Below, piece by piece: positions 62,466 to 64,000 of a stretch of DNA of 64,000 nucleotides. The notes below the pieces were generated by a model. The model ran no database searches. It was not told where the DNA came from and was given only the letters and a program-made list of their open reading frames with translations. Positions within the stretch are counted from its first letter, which is position 1. Every line of letters begins with the position of its first letter. Origin of the DNA: Camelus dromedarius (taxonomy: Eukaryota); assembly GCF_036321535.1 (NCBI RefSeq), contig NC_087437.1, positions 54,252,001-54,316,000 on the forward strand. The letters are read 5' to 3'. Both the position numbers and the translations under genes were made by a program.

Positions 62466-62972
62466 CGTATCAGTCACGGTCCAAGGAGGAAGAAGAGGAC
62501 CCACTCAAAAGAGGGTGACCAAAGAGATTCATTAAAGGATAATTTATGAAGGTGTGGGCAGGGTTAAGAAAAACCAAGAGATAGTGATGCACCCTAAGGA
62601 TAAAAGTAACTGAGAGCTCTAACCAGTCCTCAGGCTGAAAGGGCAAAGGAAGAGGCAGTTACCAGCACCTGGCAGTGAGCTGGGCAGGGCTGGGGAGCTA
62701 GGAGAGGGCAGCCTAGCTGGAGATGCGACCTTTGGCAGACACACATGGCCACTGTCAACCGACAGCCCACAGAGATGGGGCTGGGGAAGATCTATCCTCA
62801 CACCTCCCTTCTCCCACCTTCCAGTCATCTAATCAGTGCCAGGCTGAATCCAACCAGAAGCCAGAGGGCAGAGAGGAACCTACTGATCTCCACAGAGGTC
62901 CACCTCCTGGAGAAGTGGGAAGAGGAGGCAGGAGAATGGATGTGGAGGGTCAGACAGAGAACACCCAGCACA
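62466..62972 (-). mobile_element. ERVL-class solo LTR (LTR33/LTR41-like)
   Basis: GTATCAGTCACGGTCC...GGTGTGGGCAGGGTTAAG...CCAACCAGAAGCCAGAGGGCA...GGATGTGGAGGG...CCAGCACA. Confidence 0.75.
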
Positions 62973-63219
62973 CAGCTGCTGGCAGCTGCCACAGGCAGGA
63001 AGTTGGTTGCGCAGGGTACAGCACAGTCTGAGGGTCTGGGATTTGAGGGGAAGCCGTAGCCTGGTTGTCTCAAAGTGGAGTCACCCCAGAGCCCAGCTGC
63101 AGCTCTCTGGGAGCCAATCTGGCCCTGGGTCTCAGGGGAGCACAAGAAGAACCAGACCAAGAGCTCCCAAGAGACGCTACTAACCCCACAGGCAGGGCTG
63201 GCCATCCTGGGGGTGGGGT

Positions 63220-63400
63220 TTAAGTCCTAGTTCCTTCATCTTGCTGTGTGTCTCGAGACCCTTCATTTAATCTCTCTGAGTCCTTGTCTGTGAAATGAGT
63301 GTAATAACAGCAACCCCTGTACTTCCCGTCTCGGGACCGGCTGGCACTTTGCACACCGGGAAGCCATATAAAAATGCTGTGGGTTCCAAATGCCCTAAGC
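63220..63400 (+). mobile_element. MIR SINE
   Basis: AGTCCTAGTTCC...TTGCTGTGTG...CATTTAATCTCTCTGAG...TCTGTGAAATGAGTGTAATAACAG. Confidence 0.8.
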
Positions 63401-63611
63401 CACCTAAACCTCATTTGCTCTCTGTGAAACATGCTCCTAAGACCTAGATTTGTGGAAGGTCAAAGCCAAAGGAGCCCTAGGACCATCTCATCAGCCTTCT
63501 CTCCTAGGAAGGGAAGACACTGAGAAAGAGGCCCCACAGCTAGTGGCAAAGCTGGGGCCACTCAGGTGCCCTCCACAGGCCCCCGGTGCCCCTCCTAGCT
63601 GCCCTTGCACA

Positions 63612-63700
63612 TGACGTCAGATGACATAAAGGACAAGGAAGTGTTTGTCAATTGCATTGTGGTTATAACTGTAATTAATTACAATCTTGCCCCCATAAAC
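63612..63700. promoter_or_regulatory. Candidate enhancer: CRE, ETS, SOX and homeodomain motif cluster
   Basis: TGACGTCA 63612-63619, AGGAAGTG 63636-63643, CATTGT 63655-63660, TGTAATTAATTACA 63670-63683 and CCATAAA 63693-63699, in apparently unique sequence. Confidence 0.4.
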
Positions 63701-64000
63701 CTCTCCAGGGCTGAAAAGCCCCACCATTAACTGTCTTCAAGGGCCTGGCAAAATGTGAATATTTTACCAGCACAAAGCACATAAATACCCAAGTGCACAT
63801 CAGGAGGTGTGGTCATCAGGGTAGCTAAGGACAGGGTCCTGAAGGCACAGAACCCAGGACAGGTGAGCTGTGATGGGCAGCGTGTGGCTGGGACATGCAG
63901 GGCTCCCTAGGAAGGAAGGAAAGCTCAGGTGGGGTCATAAGCGGCTGAGAGTTTAGTCCCAACCCCAACTGGCTAGAGGAGGAATTGGCCAGAAGAGGCA

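Noticed and set aside
1..64000. CRISPR arrays, operons or a foreign inserted cassette
   Set aside because: No spaced direct-repeat arrays, no gene-dense segment and no compositional break were seen; everything fits mammalian non-coding DNA.

Overview
Non-coding eutherian genomic DNA, most likely camelid (camel/alpaca/llama). The only young SINE I found is a tRNA-Ala-derived vic-1-type element at about 10758-10941; I saw no Alu, Bov-tA, B1/B2 or Can-SINE. The window is a mosaic of ancient repeats (dozens of MIR/MIR3 and L2 fragments, L3/CR1, L1MC/L1ME/L1MA pieces, MLT1 and ERVL LTRs, MER5A/MER63/MER103 hAT elements), microsatellites including a 473-bp purine tract, and repeat-free stretches that may hold regulatory elements. 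I recognise no protein-coding gene: the ORF track is short chance ORFs, decayed L1 ORF2 and simple-repeat artefacts. It looks like a large intron or intergenic region, and I cannot name the locus. I find no supportable new biological system. The best leads are a candidate L1 3' transduction (53341-54088), a well-spaced TATA/Inr candidate promoter (18950-19074), a candidate 102-nt exon (40493-40594), CpG-retaining patches and a dense TF-motif cluster (63612-63700). Repeat families were assigned from remembered consensus sequences, not by alignment. Boundaries are approximate unless a TSD is given, and only the clearer MIR/L2 copies are listed.
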